Source: Gracilinanus agilis (Eukaryota). From it: a stretch of 64,000 nucleotides of DNA. Below the pieces are notes generated by a model. That model saw nothing but the letters and a program-made list of their open reading frames with translations, ran no database searches and was not told where the DNA came from. The translations under genes and the position numbers were made by a program. The number at the start of each line of letters is the position of its first letter. Within the stretch, counting starts at the first letter, position 1. This document shows positions 36,701 through 48,679 of this stretch, piece by piece. The DNA lies in assembly GCF_016433145.1 (NCBI RefSeq), contig NC_058135.1, positions 296,086,205 through 296,150,204 of the forward strand. The letters run 5' to 3'.

Positions 36701-37269
36701 GAAACTGAGGCTTCGAAAGCCAGTGAACAATCAACAAGGCGCTAGCAAGTGCTTGCTGTGTGCCAGGGTCACACTGGGAGTGTCTGAGCTCTGACCACCT
36801 CTTTTAGCACTCTAGCCACCGTGCAGGGCTGCCTAATTCTGCCTGGTGGGGCCAAGCAGAACAGACTGATTCTTCCCCCAACAGCTTTTTAATACAAGGG
36901 CCGAGGCTTGGAGGGAAGAGAGCAGGCCAGAGGCTCCGTCCTCGAGGGGACATACACCGTGTGGGACTGAGGAAAGCGGCCAGAGCTTCCCGGATAGACG
37001 GGCCTCAGGCCCCAGAGGAAGGCGGCCCGGCCTCCACCTGCCTAGGGCCAGCTAAGGTTATCACTTCCGTCAGCGGGTGGCGTCCCTGGGCTCTCCATCC
37101 CCTCCGCCCACCCCTCCACAGCCACCATTTCCCTCCCTCTGACGCCACTGACAGATGGCAGGAAGATCTGTGACCGAGCCAGGGCATGGGATTCCCGGCA
37201 TGAGACCACAGGAGAGGCGGCCCACCCAAGGTGGAACCGGGGACCTCCGGCCAGAGAGATTAAACTCTG

Positions 37270-37560
37270 TCTGGGACTCTCGTCGCGGGCAAAAGGACCA
37301 GGTGCCGTAGAGGCACTCGCCTAGAGACCTCCGGCCAAGGTCCGAGTTCCAGTGCTGCTGACAGTGACCGCCTTGCCAGTCCGGCCGTTCGACCAGTCCT
37401 CATGGCCACGAACTGGCTGCGTGTCTGCTTATCCTTCAGCAAAGCCACCAGAGACAGAAATAAGGCTGCTCGGCATCGCGGACGCCTCCGTAACCGGGCG
37501 GCTGTTGACTCCGTCTCTCCCTGCCCAGTTGTTCCCGGATCCCGGCTTTGCTTAGCCATT
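37270..37560 (-). mobile_element. Ancient CR1/L3 LINE reverse-transcriptase fragment, GC-shifted
   Basis: Broken translation DWSNGRTGKAVTV ... WPEVSRRVPLRHLVLLP resembles CR1 RT NWLNGRTQRVV ... WREVSSGVPQGSVLGP. Confidence 0.6.
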
Positions 37561-38118
37561 CTAGCATCTCGCTCCCGCCGGGTGGGCTCTGCCAAGTGGG
37601 TCCTCAGGACGCCCCCTTCTGAAACGTGCCCGGGAGCTCCTGCCCTGGCGGCCTTCGGGCGCCCTCTCGGTCTCTCCTCCACGTTAAGCCTCCCGAATTT
37701 CTGCATTCGGGCCACGCACGAGCCGCCCTTGCTGCTCACCCTCCTCTGGCGGCCCAGCCAGGCCCTCCTGACAACGGGGGCGCCGCCCGCTCCGGGCAGC
37801 AGATGGCCCCCGGCGCCTCCCTCCCTGCACTCAGCCGCCCTGCCTGTGTCTGCAGAGCTTCTTAGGCACGTTTATTAGTCATTCTTGTTCTCTTGCTCTG
37901 GAAGCCGGCTGAGGGCTTCGGAATGACTTCATCGCTAATGGGAAGAGCGGGAGGGAGAGCAGAAACTGGCCGCTTCCTCCTCCTGCCTGTAGCCTCTGGA
38001 TCGACCCGGCTCCCAAGGCTCTGATGTCATTCGGGGCCTTCCTGGGACAAGACCCCAGAGGGTGGGGGAGGCCCAGGGTCACGGCGTGGCCGCTCGGCTG
38101 CTCCCTACAAGGGGAAGC

Positions 38119-38180
38119 TTATTTATTTATTAATCTGTTTATTTATTAAAGAGAATTGAGCCCTTCTCCTGTGTGTGCCC
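38119..38180 (+). terminator. Candidate MRGPRE polyadenylation site
   Basis: U-rich tract, ATTAAA at 38145-38150 and GU-rich CTGTGTGTG about 20 nt downstream. Confidence 0.4.
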
Positions 38181-38524
38181 GTCACCACTGACTCGGTACA
38201 CTGCCACGCCGCGCTGGCACTTACTGCGCCCTCCGAGGGAAGAGGACGCCAACAGCCTCCCCTGGAAGAAGGGTCCCGTGGGGTTGGGGAGCCCCGAGGG
38301 GGGGCCTGCAGCCCCATCCGGGATCCCCCGAGAGCTCGTAGCCCCAGAAAGCTACATGACGATGCAACACGTATACCCGTGTGTGCATGTATGCATCTAC
38401 ATAGGTATACCGAACACGCCTCCACATGCTGAGAAACAGGCCCGTAGTCCAGGGGGGAAACGGCCCCCGCAGAGCTGAGAACGGTGCTGATGCTGGATCC
38501 GTGCCAGGCTCTTACGAGTCAGTC

Positions 38525-38715
38525 ATAGGAGCAGCTAAGTGTTCCGAGAATGGAGAGCCAGGCCTAGAAATAGGAAGCCGGCCTCAGACACTTTCTAGCT
38601 GCGTGACCCTGGCCAAGTCCCCTGACCCCCATTGCCTGGCCCTCACTGTTCTTCTGCCTTGGAGCCAACGCTTAGGATTGATTCTAAGACAGAAGATAAG
38701 GTGATTTTTTCTTAA
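38525..38715 (+). mobile_element. Older long-tail CORE-SINE
   Basis: Diverged head, core and tail. Confidence 0.8.
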
Positions 38716-39378
38716 AAGAACGAGTGATCTGTTTCCCTACTATATATAGTTAATACTCATTGAACTGAGAATGAATGAATGAATGAATGAATGAAGGAAT
38801 GTGTGAGGCGGCCTGGTGCCGGGCCCACACATCTTGCTCCGGGGTTCTAACAGCAGCACCTGCCAGCGCTCCCTCGAAGCTATCAGAGCCTCACCGTGCA
38901 GGGTCCCAGGCCGAATGGTTCCAGGTTCTCGATCCCCTCCACCCCGGACACATGGCGGTCCTTAGAGGGAGGGAACGACACCTTTTCTGCCTCTTACCAG
39001 AAACCGGTGCTCGGGAATCGGCCTGTCCTCCTATTCGGTGCAGGGGAACTTCCAGCTAGAGTCCAGCTGGAAGAGCTGGCAGGGCCCCCGGCAGCTTCCC
39101 AGGGGAAGGACAGCGTCGGCTTTACACGGCAGGCTGGAGGCTCCTCAGAGGCCTGACTGTGAAGACCGTAGTTTGGCCCTGAGAAACCAAAGGCCCTTCG
39201 CCCAGAAGGCCAGCTCTGGGGATCCGTTTCTTACAGGGACGGCTAGAAGGAATCTTAGAGGTCCTCTAATCCAGCCCCCCTCGTCTTCCAGACAAGGAAA
39301 CTGAGGCACTGAGAAGTTCAGTTCTTTGCCCCACGTAATAACCAGGATAAGATCAGAGACAATGTTGGACTTTAGGAC

Positions 39379-39443
39379 CGAGGCCAGCGAGGCCAGCGAG
39401 GCCAGCGAGGTCAGCGAGGCCAGCGAGGCCAGCGAGGCCAGCG
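39379..39443. repeat. 9-bp tandem repeat (CGAGGCCAG)x7
   Basis: Directly visible, with one variant unit CGAGGTCAG. Confidence 0.97.
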
Positions 39444-39479
39444 GCAGGATCTCATGTTTCTGTCCTTATTTATTATGTC

Positions 39480-39900
39480 TCTTGAGCGTCTCCCTCACTC
39501 ACACAGCCTCTGCCCTGGGCCAGCCCTCATCACCCCTCCTTTAGCTGTTGCGATAACCTCCTGACTGGCCTCCCCGGGTCAGCTCTCTCCCCACTCCACA
39601 AGAGAGCCAAAGTGATTCCCCTGAAGAGGGAGTCCAATGACAGCTTTCCTGGGCTGCGGGGCCCCCTGTGGCTCCCTCTCATCTCTAGGATCAAAGGGGA
39701 AACCCTCCAGGCCACCCTGGCCCCTGAGCATCCTCCCAGGCTCCCACTCTCCGCATTCTCCAGAAGAGCCGTGCCAGCCTGCCTGGCCCGTCTCACTCTT
39801 CCAGCCTTCTCCTCGACTCTGGTTAGCTCCCAGGCCTGCAATGCCCTCCGCACTGTCACCTCCGCCCCTGGGCATCCCTGCTTTCCTGGAAGAGTCCAGT
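39480..39900 (+). mobile_element. L2 fragment
   Basis: Contains AACCTCCTGACTGGCCTCCC...CCACTCCACAAGAGAGCCAAAGTGATTCCC. Confidence 0.65.
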
Positions 39901-40226
39901 CACGCAGGAGCCTCTCTCGGTTCCTCTGTTCCTTCACCCTCTCCAGGTTCCCCCCTCAAGTTATCTTTTCTTCCATTGGCGTGTCGCCCACTTCTACTTA
40001 GCTGACCACAGCCACGGCGCTGCACCCCCACAGCTGGAACCCCCGCACTCCCTCTCCCCATCAAGGGGATCCCTCAGCTCTGAAAGCTCAGGCCTGGGAA
40101 TGGGGCTGGTCCAAAGGGAAATGGCAAGTTCTTTTGCTTCATCAAACCCCCAACTCAGTGCCCCTGGGGAAAATGACTGCCATCTTAGGTCTGGCTCACA
40201 TCTAGGGCGTCCTCAAGGGGAACAGA

Positions 40227-40465
40227 GGGGGGGCAGCTGGGTAGCTCAGTGGATGGAGAGTCAGGCCTAGAGACGGGAGGTCCTGGGTTCAAATCTGGCC
40301 TCGGACACTTCCCAGCTGGGTGACCCTGGGCAAGTCACTTGACCCCCATGGCCCACCCTTACTACTCTTCCACCTATAAGTCAATACACAGATGTTAAGG
40401 GTTTAAAAAAAAAAAAAGTTAAGGGTTTAAAAAATAAAAAATAAAAAAATAATAATAAAAAAAAA
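40227..40465 (+). mobile_element. SINE1_Mdo-type with duplicated 3' terminus
   Basis: GTTAAGGGTTT(A)n occurs twice in tandem. Confidence 0.93.
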
Positions 40466-41262
40466 GAGAATGGAGGGTCCAACATGTGAGGCATAAGCCA
40501 GCCAGAGAATGGCTTTCCAGAGATGACGCGGCTGGAACAGGAGCTCTGACCCTTGGCCCATAAACTCAAGGCACATCCTCCCTTCACACACAGCTTGAGG
40601 GAGAAAAACAAGCCCATCCACCGAGTGCAGAAGCAGAAAGGTGCACCCATCGGGGATGCATGTGACCAGACCGCTGGTCCTCCTGTCCCTGCAGGCAGCC
40701 TGTGTCGTGCTATTCTTCACACTCCTCAGTCAGCCAGCATCTATGAAGCATGTACCGTGCCGGAGACACTGTACCTCCCTGGGGCGGAGGGGGACAAAGA
40801 AAGGGAGAAGCCAATCCCGGACCTCAGGGCCCACGAGCTAATGGAGGCAGCCAAGGACTGGGGCCTGCCAGTGAGCTCGCTGCTTTTTACATCCTCCTCT
40901 CAGTCCATCAGGGAGAACCTCTTCAGCCCTTGTAAATGGCTTCACATGCCTTCAGTCCACTTCGCTTACTACAGTGATGCTTTGCCTCTGCTTCACTTTC
41001 ATCATCAATGGATCCCAGTGTCGTAACCAGCTCCCTCACTCCTACCAGTCCATACAGAGTTACTCTGACTCCTGACCAGCCTTCCCTCCCTTGCGCTAAC
41101 CCAAGACACCCATTAGAGAGCAACGTTCTAGATTATGGGAGAGTCCGAGAGGGATGTTAGGTGTTACAGCCCACCTAGGGACCACCCCCCCACCCCCCAC
41201 CAGCGAAGCACCAATCTCTTGATTTATGAAAAGTGAAATTTATTTTTAAAAAAAGAATAAAA

Positions 41263-41447
41263 GGGGGCAGCTGGGTAGCTCAGTGGAGTGAGAGCCAGGC
41301 CTAGAGACAGGAGGTCCTAGGTTCAAACCCAGCCTCAGCCACTTCCCAGCTGTGTGACCCTGGACAAGTCACTTGACCCCCATTGCCCACCCTTACCAAT
41401 CTTCCACCTATGAGAATACACCAAAGTACAAGGGTTTAAAAAAAATA
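41263..41447 (+). mobile_element. SINE1_Mdo-type
   Basis: TSD AAAGAATAAAAG. Confidence 0.95.
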
Positions 41448-41925
41448 AAGAATAAAAGGAAGTGGTAGGTGCGACCCTCGATCTATCCGAACTAACTCCA
41501 CCCCACTTTCTAAGTCTCCTGGGGAAGGAGAGCCTTCATTTTCTTCTATAGGCCCTGCTGAATCCTCCCTCTGCTGTCTAAGAAACCTCCCCAGTGTTAT
41601 CTGACTTAATCTAACTTAATACCAATAATGAATTGGGAAGAAAGGGGGAAAACCTCTGGGTTGGGCTGCTGTACTAAGTAACTCAAAATTATAGGTGGAA
41701 AGCTTTGAATGACCTTAACCAAGAGGAATTCTGGTAGATGGATCACTGCCGGGTGAAGACTGCTCTCAGGGACATTAGTTTCCTCCAAGCAAACCCTCTA
41801 CCTGGATGTCAAAGATTTTCTCCATGAAAATCCTGACTTTCCAGGGAGAATCTCTTAGAGCAAAAGTCCTCCTTCAGCTTGATGGGAACTGTAGGCAGAG
41901 ACAAAACCTCCCTCCAGCTTGGTCA

Positions 41926-42212
41926 TGTTATTTTTAAAAATGATGAAGGCTGATATTATGAGGAAAACTAATATTTTATTTGGGCCCATGTTGGTAGAAT
42001 AAAATTGGACCACGTGCCTAGCTAAGATCTCTTCAAACTCCCCGCCAGTCTATACCTTCCATCTCCTTTGGCTGCTTTGTAGGAAGAGCCCGAGCCCAGG
42101 CTCCACCCCTAATTTTAAGTCATGCTCTACGTTGGTTCCCGTTGTCACGCTCAAAACTGGAAACCCATCGGATCATGGAAAATGTAGTTTCAAAGTCCCC
42201 CACATGTCCACA
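41926..42212 (-). mobile_element. Short solo-LTR-like element
   Basis: TG...CA ends and a minus-strand AATAAA near 41980. Its right end is homologous to 45440-45510. Confidence 0.5.
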
Positions 42213-42305
42213 GGAAGTTTGTCATATATCTACATATCTTGAGGCTTAATACTTCTAGATAGAACCCCAGTAATTCTAAATAACACAGTCAAAATCCAAG
42301 AAGGA

Positions 42306-42400
42306 CCGTGTGACCCTGGGCAAGTCACTTGACCTCCATTGCCCACCCTTACCACTCTTCCACCTAAGAGCCAATACACAGAAGTTAAGGGTTAAAAAAA
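42306..42400 (+). mobile_element. 5'-truncated SINE1_Mdo-type
   Basis: 15-bp TSD AAAATCCAAGAAGGA. Confidence 0.93.
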
Positions 42401-43048
42401 AAAATCCAAGAAGGAAGTGGAGTTTAGTTATTTCCAGTTGTGGACCCACAATTCCTTTCTACCCAGAATCCTTTCCCAGGGCTTCTCTCAAAATTCCCTT
42501 CTTCAACTAAGCCTAGAAATCCATGCTATCCCTAACTATATTCTTACAGTTCCATGGAGGAACAGAGAGGAAGCTCTGAAGACAGGTCTAGTGGACACGT
42601 CATCACCACTCAGACTCCTTCCAGGGTTCTCTCTGAAGAGTCCAATCAGCTTTCTGGCTGTTCTATGACTTATATAGCCAGAGCCTACACAAGACAGGTC
42701 GGGGGATACGGCCGAGCACGCACGGTGAACAGTGGGCTACCCCTCTCAGAACCTGGAGCAGCCGGAGCCACACATTTCAGCACAGGAAGGACAAGTCCAA
42801 ACCCAACCACCACTGGGGAGCCAATGGGGCTTTCATCCATCTTAAAGGGCATGGCCACCGGCCCCCGTCCATCCTCCACACACGGCTCTGGGACTGCACA
42901 AGGATCCGACAACTGGCCAATGGCTTGTCCGTGCTGAAGACTGCACAGCTCCCTCCAATGCCTGCCTTTACCCCTGATCCAAATACGAACAGATGCCCAG
43001 CTCCTCTTCAGCTACACACAGTCAGCCCCAGGCCATGATCCTTTACAC

Positions 43049-43242
43049 CAGGGGTTCCCAGACTTTTTTGGCCTGCCGCCCCCTTTCCAGAAAAAATATT
43101 CCTTAGCCCCCTGGAAATTATTTTTTTTTTTAATTTTAATAGCAATGAATAGGAAAGATCGATGCACCTGTGGCCATCACCGCCTCTCTGGATCGCTGCA
43201 GCACCCACCAGGGGGCGCTGGCGCCCACTTTGGGAATCACTG
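43049..43242. mobile_element. Non-autonomous hAT MITE, same family as 28026-28206
   Basis: TIRs CAGGGGTTCCCAGA / TTTGGGAATCACTG. Perfect 8-bp TSD CTTTACAC at 43041-43048 and 43243-43250. Shares the internal sequence GGATCGCTGCAGCACCCACCAGGGGGC. Confidence 0.95.
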
Positions 43243-44595
43243 CTTTACACAGAAGCCAGGGTTAAGAGAGGAAAAGCTGTGGTTATGGGATAAAGACTCT
43301 CCTGGGAGTCTCCTTGACCTGACCAGTTCTGAGAGGACTTGCGAATGGCTTGTAGAGAGGTAGGAGGGAGAGAGGAAACTAGAGGGCCGAAGGCCAGTCT
43401 CCCAGTTCTTGTCACCTGGACAACCCACCTCCTTCCACCTGACAAATGGCACTGAGGAGCCCAGAAGGGGCCAATCCAAGGGCCCGTGAGCCTTCGGATT
43501 CTTATCCTTACTTCCCATTCACCCAGATAAAATGACAGTGAGGGGGTCCTGTCATCAGTGAGTTAAGATCCTGGGTAAGGGAAGCTAGCTAGGAAGGGAA
43601 AGACTGCCCAGGCAGCTCTGAGCCATTGTCACCATTGTGACTGATCATGGCTGTTGCTGCTGATCCTAACCCTCAGGCCCAGCCTCCTCATGGCTGCCTT
43701 CTGGCCCTCGAGGTCTCTTCTCTGGTCCTCCCAAACTTGCAGCTGTCTGGCAATGCAAGAAAACCCCACCCCTAGCTCCCCAGTTCCCTTCTCTGCTTGG
43801 CCCTTTAGTTCCAACTCCACCCTCTGTTTTCCAGAGAAATGGCCCAGCCACCCCTGCTCAGGAGCCAGCCTTTGTAAGGTTCACTTCGTGGATCTGAGTG
43901 GTGTCTGGAGAGATGAGGGCACGAGGTCTCCTGGAGACTGCCAGCCCCAGGGCCTGAGGCCCAGAACCTGGCTCTGCTCTTCAGGGACCAGCCCCAGGGC
44001 TCTGTCCATCCATGGGTCAGGATGGTGTAAGTTGCTGGCTGTAGAATGTTCAACAAAAATAGGGGTGTCACTGCCTGGGGATGCCAAACAATTCCTGGAA
44101 GCCCTCGTGTGACTCCTGATCTTTCTCCTTAGGCATCTTCATGAAGTATCTCCCCTCGCCTCAAACACCACACCCTGGACCCGATGACCCCTCGGACCTC
44201 AGGCCTGAATGACTGCACACACTCGTTGGGCCTGCTTGAGCAGGGATCCTGCCTGGCCTGAAAGACTCCTCTGCATCCTGCTCGAATTTACGGTTCTGCC
44301 CCCACATATGCACATCCAACGCTGAAAGCACAACACATGGATTTGTGTGTGTTTGCACGCGTGTGTGTGGACATGGACCAAGCAGTAGACCTGCCTAACC
44401 CTAAACCAACCACTGGGGAGAAGAGGTGGGGGTGGGGGCTCCTCATCTCCAGCAATAAATGAACCGAGAGAACATCCATAACACACCGCAGACCCTAAAG
44501 CTGAATAATAGTGAGCTATCATTCTCAGTCCTTACACCAGGAAAACTACCATGGCTCATGCCACAGCTGACCTTTGCTTTCGGTTATAACTGCCC

Positions 44596-44737
44596 NNNNN
44601 NNNNNNNNNNNNNNNNNNNNNNNNNNNNNNNNNNNNNNNNNNNNNNNNNNNNNNNNNNNNNNNNNNNNNNNNNNNNNNNNNNNNNNNNNNNNNNNNNNNN
44701 NNNNNNNNNNNNNNNNNNNNNNNNNNNNNNNNNNNNN
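44596..44737. other. Assembly gap (142 N)
   Basis: Run of N. Confidence 1.
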
Positions 44738-44895
44738 ATGCTAAGTATTTGTTTCAAGGCAGAAGAGTGGTAAGGGCTAGGCAAGTGGGCCAAGTGACTT
44801 GCCCAGGGTCACCCAGCTAAGAAGTGTCTGAGACCAGATTGGAACCCAGGACTTCCCATCCCTAGGCCTGGCTCTTTATCCACTGAGCCAGGCTA
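44738..44895 (-). mobile_element. CORE-SINE abutting an assembly gap
   Basis: Antisense consensus. Confidence 0.85.
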
Positions 44896-45212
44896 ACTTT
44901 TCTTCAACATCCTCCATAAGAAGAATCCCTGTCCTTTGAGGATGGAAACAGTTAAACCTCATCAAATGGGTATGAGGGGAATTGAAAGTGGGCAGGACTG
45001 TCCTTCAGTCACAAATAAGCAGTCCACCCTGGTGGCCCGAGCCATCTTCTGTGGCTTAAACTCACTCGAAAAGGGATTCCCCCAGAGCTTCCCAGATTCT
45101 TTGCACAAAGGTAGTCACATCTTTGAAGGCTCTGTTTTACCACCTGTTAATCAGTCAACCAATGAGCATTTCCATGCATTTACAGAGAGTCAGACACTAA
45201 AAATTCATTAAG

Positions 45213-45510
45213 TGTTGTTAAGATTAAAAATAATAAAGACTGACATAAGTATAGAAATTAGTATTTTAATTTAAGCCATGGCCATGCTGGTAAAATCATT
45301 AGACCACGCACCGGTAAGAATTCAAACTGCCTCCGCCTTTTTACCTTTTGTACCTTCCCATGCCTGCTAGCTCAGAGAGAGAACTTCCTTTCGGATTCTC
45401 CTCCCATTTAAACTGTCCTATGTGTGGTGACACAGGCGTCCCCACGCCCAAAGAACCAGAAACCCGTTGGACCATGGGAAATGTAGTTTGATAGTTCACA
45501 CGTGTCCATA
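45213..45510 (-). mobile_element. Short solo-LTR-like element, same family as 41926-42212
   Basis: Shares the GAAACCC...CATGGGAAATGTAGTTT...TGTCCA end. Confidence 0.5.
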
Positions 45511-45539
45511 GAAAAAATATATATATATACTTTTAAATG

Positions 45540-45900
45540 TCATCTCCCAAATTCCAATTATACAGTATCTACTATGTACTAGACCCTGTGCTGAGCACAA
45601 GGGGTACAAAAGAAGCCCAAAGACACTCTTTCCCCTGGAGGAGGCAACACACAAACTCCTACGTGCAATCTGAACAGGATAGAGGCAGGATGGGTTCAAG
45701 CTGACCTCAGGAAATTAAAGGGGCCTGCAGAAGGCTTCTTGTAGGAGGTGAAGACTTTGTTGGGATCTGAAGGAATCAGGGGAGCCTGGTGACAGATCTG
45801 AGGAGGAAGAGAATTCTAGACTTGGAGGATGATCAGGCAAAATGCCCAGAGTTAGGAGATGAAGTGTCTTTCCCCAGGAAGCAAAAAGGCCAGTGCCCCT
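45540..45900 (-). mobile_element. L2 3' fragment
   Basis: Contains CTACTATGTACTAGACCCTGTGCTGAGCAC and GCAGAAGGCTTCTTGTAGGAGGTG. Confidence 0.65.
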
Positions 45901-45999
45901 GGATCTCAAAATTTGTGGGCAGAAGTTAGATACAAGAAGGCTGGGGAGGGGAGGTGGGGGCAGGCGGTGGGGGTATGAAGGGCTTTGAAGGCCAAACAG

Positions 46000-46710
46000 A
46001 GGGTTTATACTGCTGGGTTTATACCCCAAAGAGATCATAAGGAAAAAGACTTGTACAAAAATATTTATAGCCACACTCTTTATGATGGCAAAAAAAAAAA
46101 TTGGAAAATGAGGGGGTGTCCCTCGATTGGGGAATGATTGAACAAATTGTGGTATCTGTTGGTGAGGGAAAACTATTATGCTCAAAGGACATGAACTGGA
46201 GGAATTCCATGTGAACTGGAAGGACCTTCAGGAACTGATGCAGAGTGAAAGGAGCAGAACCAGGAGAACATTGTACACAGAGAGGGATACCTTGTAGCAC
46301 AATCGAATGTAACTTTTCTACTAGCAGCAATGCAGTGACCCAGGATAATCCTGAGGGACTTATGAGAAAGAATGTATCCACATCCAGAGGAAGAACTGTG
46401 GGAGCAGAAACACAGAAGAAAAACACCTGCTTGATCACATGGGTCAATGGGGATGTGACTGGGAATGTAGACTCTAAGCGATCACCCTAGTACAAATATC
46501 AACAATATGGAAATAGGTCTTGATCAATGACACATGTAAAACCCAGTGGAATTGCGTGTTGGCTACGGGAGGGAGTGGGAGGAGGGGAGGGAAAGAACAT
46601 GAATCTTGTAACGATGTAAAAATATTCTAAATTAAATAATTGAATGAAATTTTCCAAATTAAAAAAAAAAAAGAAAGTATTTCTACATGGACCTGAAAAA
46701 AAGAAAAAGA
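46000..46710 (+). mobile_element. 5'-truncated L1 3' end with A tail
   Basis: Homologous to 14200-14860. A-rich tail at 46650-46710. Confidence 0.9.
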
Positions 46711-47673
46711 AAAAATACCCAAAAATACTGAGCTCCATCCAACCCTTCTAGAATTCTTTCCCATTTTCCTGTGTCAGGAAGGTGTAGCCCCTTCAGCAAG
46801 CTTCTGGAGGCTCATGAGATGGCTCCCAGAGGGAAGGAGTTAACTGTCTCTTGGACTCTGATCCCCAGGCCTGTCCAGTCAAGATCTGTTGCTTTTTCCC
46901 TGTGGCAGGAGAGGCAACGCGGGGATCATTTCATCCTTGTTCTTTGTATCCACAACACCTAACACGGTGCCCATGCCCAATCTATAGTAAGGCGTCTAAT
47001 AAATACTCATCCATTAACTGATCAATTGAGGAAAGCCAACCTCCCCCACAAGGGGTTCCCTGGACATGAGATTCTCCACCTTCTGCCTCTTCGTCTCCTC
47101 CTCTGGGAGCTTCAGTCAAGACTCAGCTTCCCTGAAGGTCTCTCTTCCCTCTCTGTGTCTCCTCTTGGCATACATTCCCCACGTGCATATCCGATTCTCT
47201 CCGTGGAGGCCAAGTTCTCTGAGGGCATTTCTGCCTTCGTAGACTAGCACCTCACAACGCCTGGCACAAAATCGAGATTTCAGAAATGCTTCTCCAATTG
47301 CCAGAGGCTGGCCATCAGGAGAGGAATTTTCTTAACTACATAAACTCAAGAAGCCCTTTTATTAAAGCAGAGAAAGCCTGTGACCTGTGTCCGTGTAGGG
47401 GAGCAGAATCAAGGAAGGGTCTTCACTGAGGAATTTATGTATCCTGAAAACAGTGAAGAGCCAACTATTTGGGGGTCCCAAGCACTCTCACCCATCAGAG
47501 GAAGCCTTCCCTTCTGATCTGAATTTTAAAATAAGATCCTAGAGAAGCAACGTTTGCACCCAAAGAAGTGCATTTTTGGTGCTAGAATTCCAGGTTCTGT
47601 GTCAGTGAGATAAGGTGGATATTTGGGGGAGCAGGGTCGTCCTAGAACCCCGTTCTATCAAGAAGGCTGGCCT

Positions 47674-47862
47674 GGGGGCAGCTGGGTAGCTCAGTGGAAG
47701 GAGAGTCAGGCCTAGAGACGGGAGGTCCTGGGTTCAAATCTGGCCTCAGACACTTCCCAGCTGGGTGACCCTGGGCAAGTCACTTGATCCCCATGGCCCA
47801 CCCTGACCACTCTTCTGCCTTGGAGCCAATACACAGAAGTGAAGGGCTTAAAAAAAAAAAAA
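47674..47862 (+). mobile_element. SINE1_Mdo-type
   Basis: TSD AAGGCTGGCCT. Confidence 0.94.
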
Positions 47863-48575
47863 AGGCTGGCCTTGCCTTGGAATGTTGGGACTTCAGTGAA
47901 ACATTTGAAGTTCTTGCTCCGTGCAATGAAGTAGCTCTAGGAACGTAGCCTGACGGGACCACTGCTTGCTTGCTGGGGTGTATTTTTCTTTTCACAGCTC
48001 ATCAGGAAGGAGGCTCGTCTTGTTTTCCCCCAGCCTGGATAATTGCCCTTTTGTCAGATACTTCTGGGCAATATGCTCAAGAACAAACATCCTAACAACA
48101 TCCCCACCAAGAGGCCTCTTGGGAATTCCTCTTCCTAAGAATTCGCAGGCTCCGGTGTCGACCCAGCCTAGCATCATGTGATGGCAGAGAATTTAGAGGC
48201 TGGAGAAGCTGCCCTCATCTGAGCTCTCAGCCGGATCTCCCAGGCAGAGGACAGGACCCGACGCCAGTGGGGAGGTGCAGCCCCACGACCGGGCCGAAAG
48301 CCCCGCGACACCTGGAAGCTGCTGGTGAGAAGAGACGTCGGCTTGCAGCCCTCCCGAGCCCCGCAGTGCGCCTCTTCTCTTCCTTCTCTTCCCAAATGGC
48401 TGCCTTTGCCTCTGCTAGACGCCTCGGGCCCCTTCTGGCCAGCCGTCCATCTGTCTTCCTTCTACCCTGCTGCGAGGGGAGCTTTTGCTGCCTTTTCCCA
48501 TCTCTAGACTTTATTGGTGGTGGGCATGAGAATCATTGTGAAGGGGAGGGGCCAAAGAGACCCGTGTTCCTCGGG

Positions 48576-48578
<3 letters not shown>

Positions 48579-48607
<29 letters not shown>
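48579..48607. repeat. (TG)n microsatellite
   Basis: Directly visible. Confidence 0.97.
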
Positions 48608-48610
<3 letters not shown>

Positions 48611-48679
48611 CGCACACATGCTCGGTTGTGAGTCTTTGTCCTCATATAGCTTGCTTTGCACTTGGAGACGCCTTTCCTG

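Noticed and set aside
42554-43040. Several open frames with protein-like composition
   Set aside because: No recognised motif and no consistent splice-site pair.
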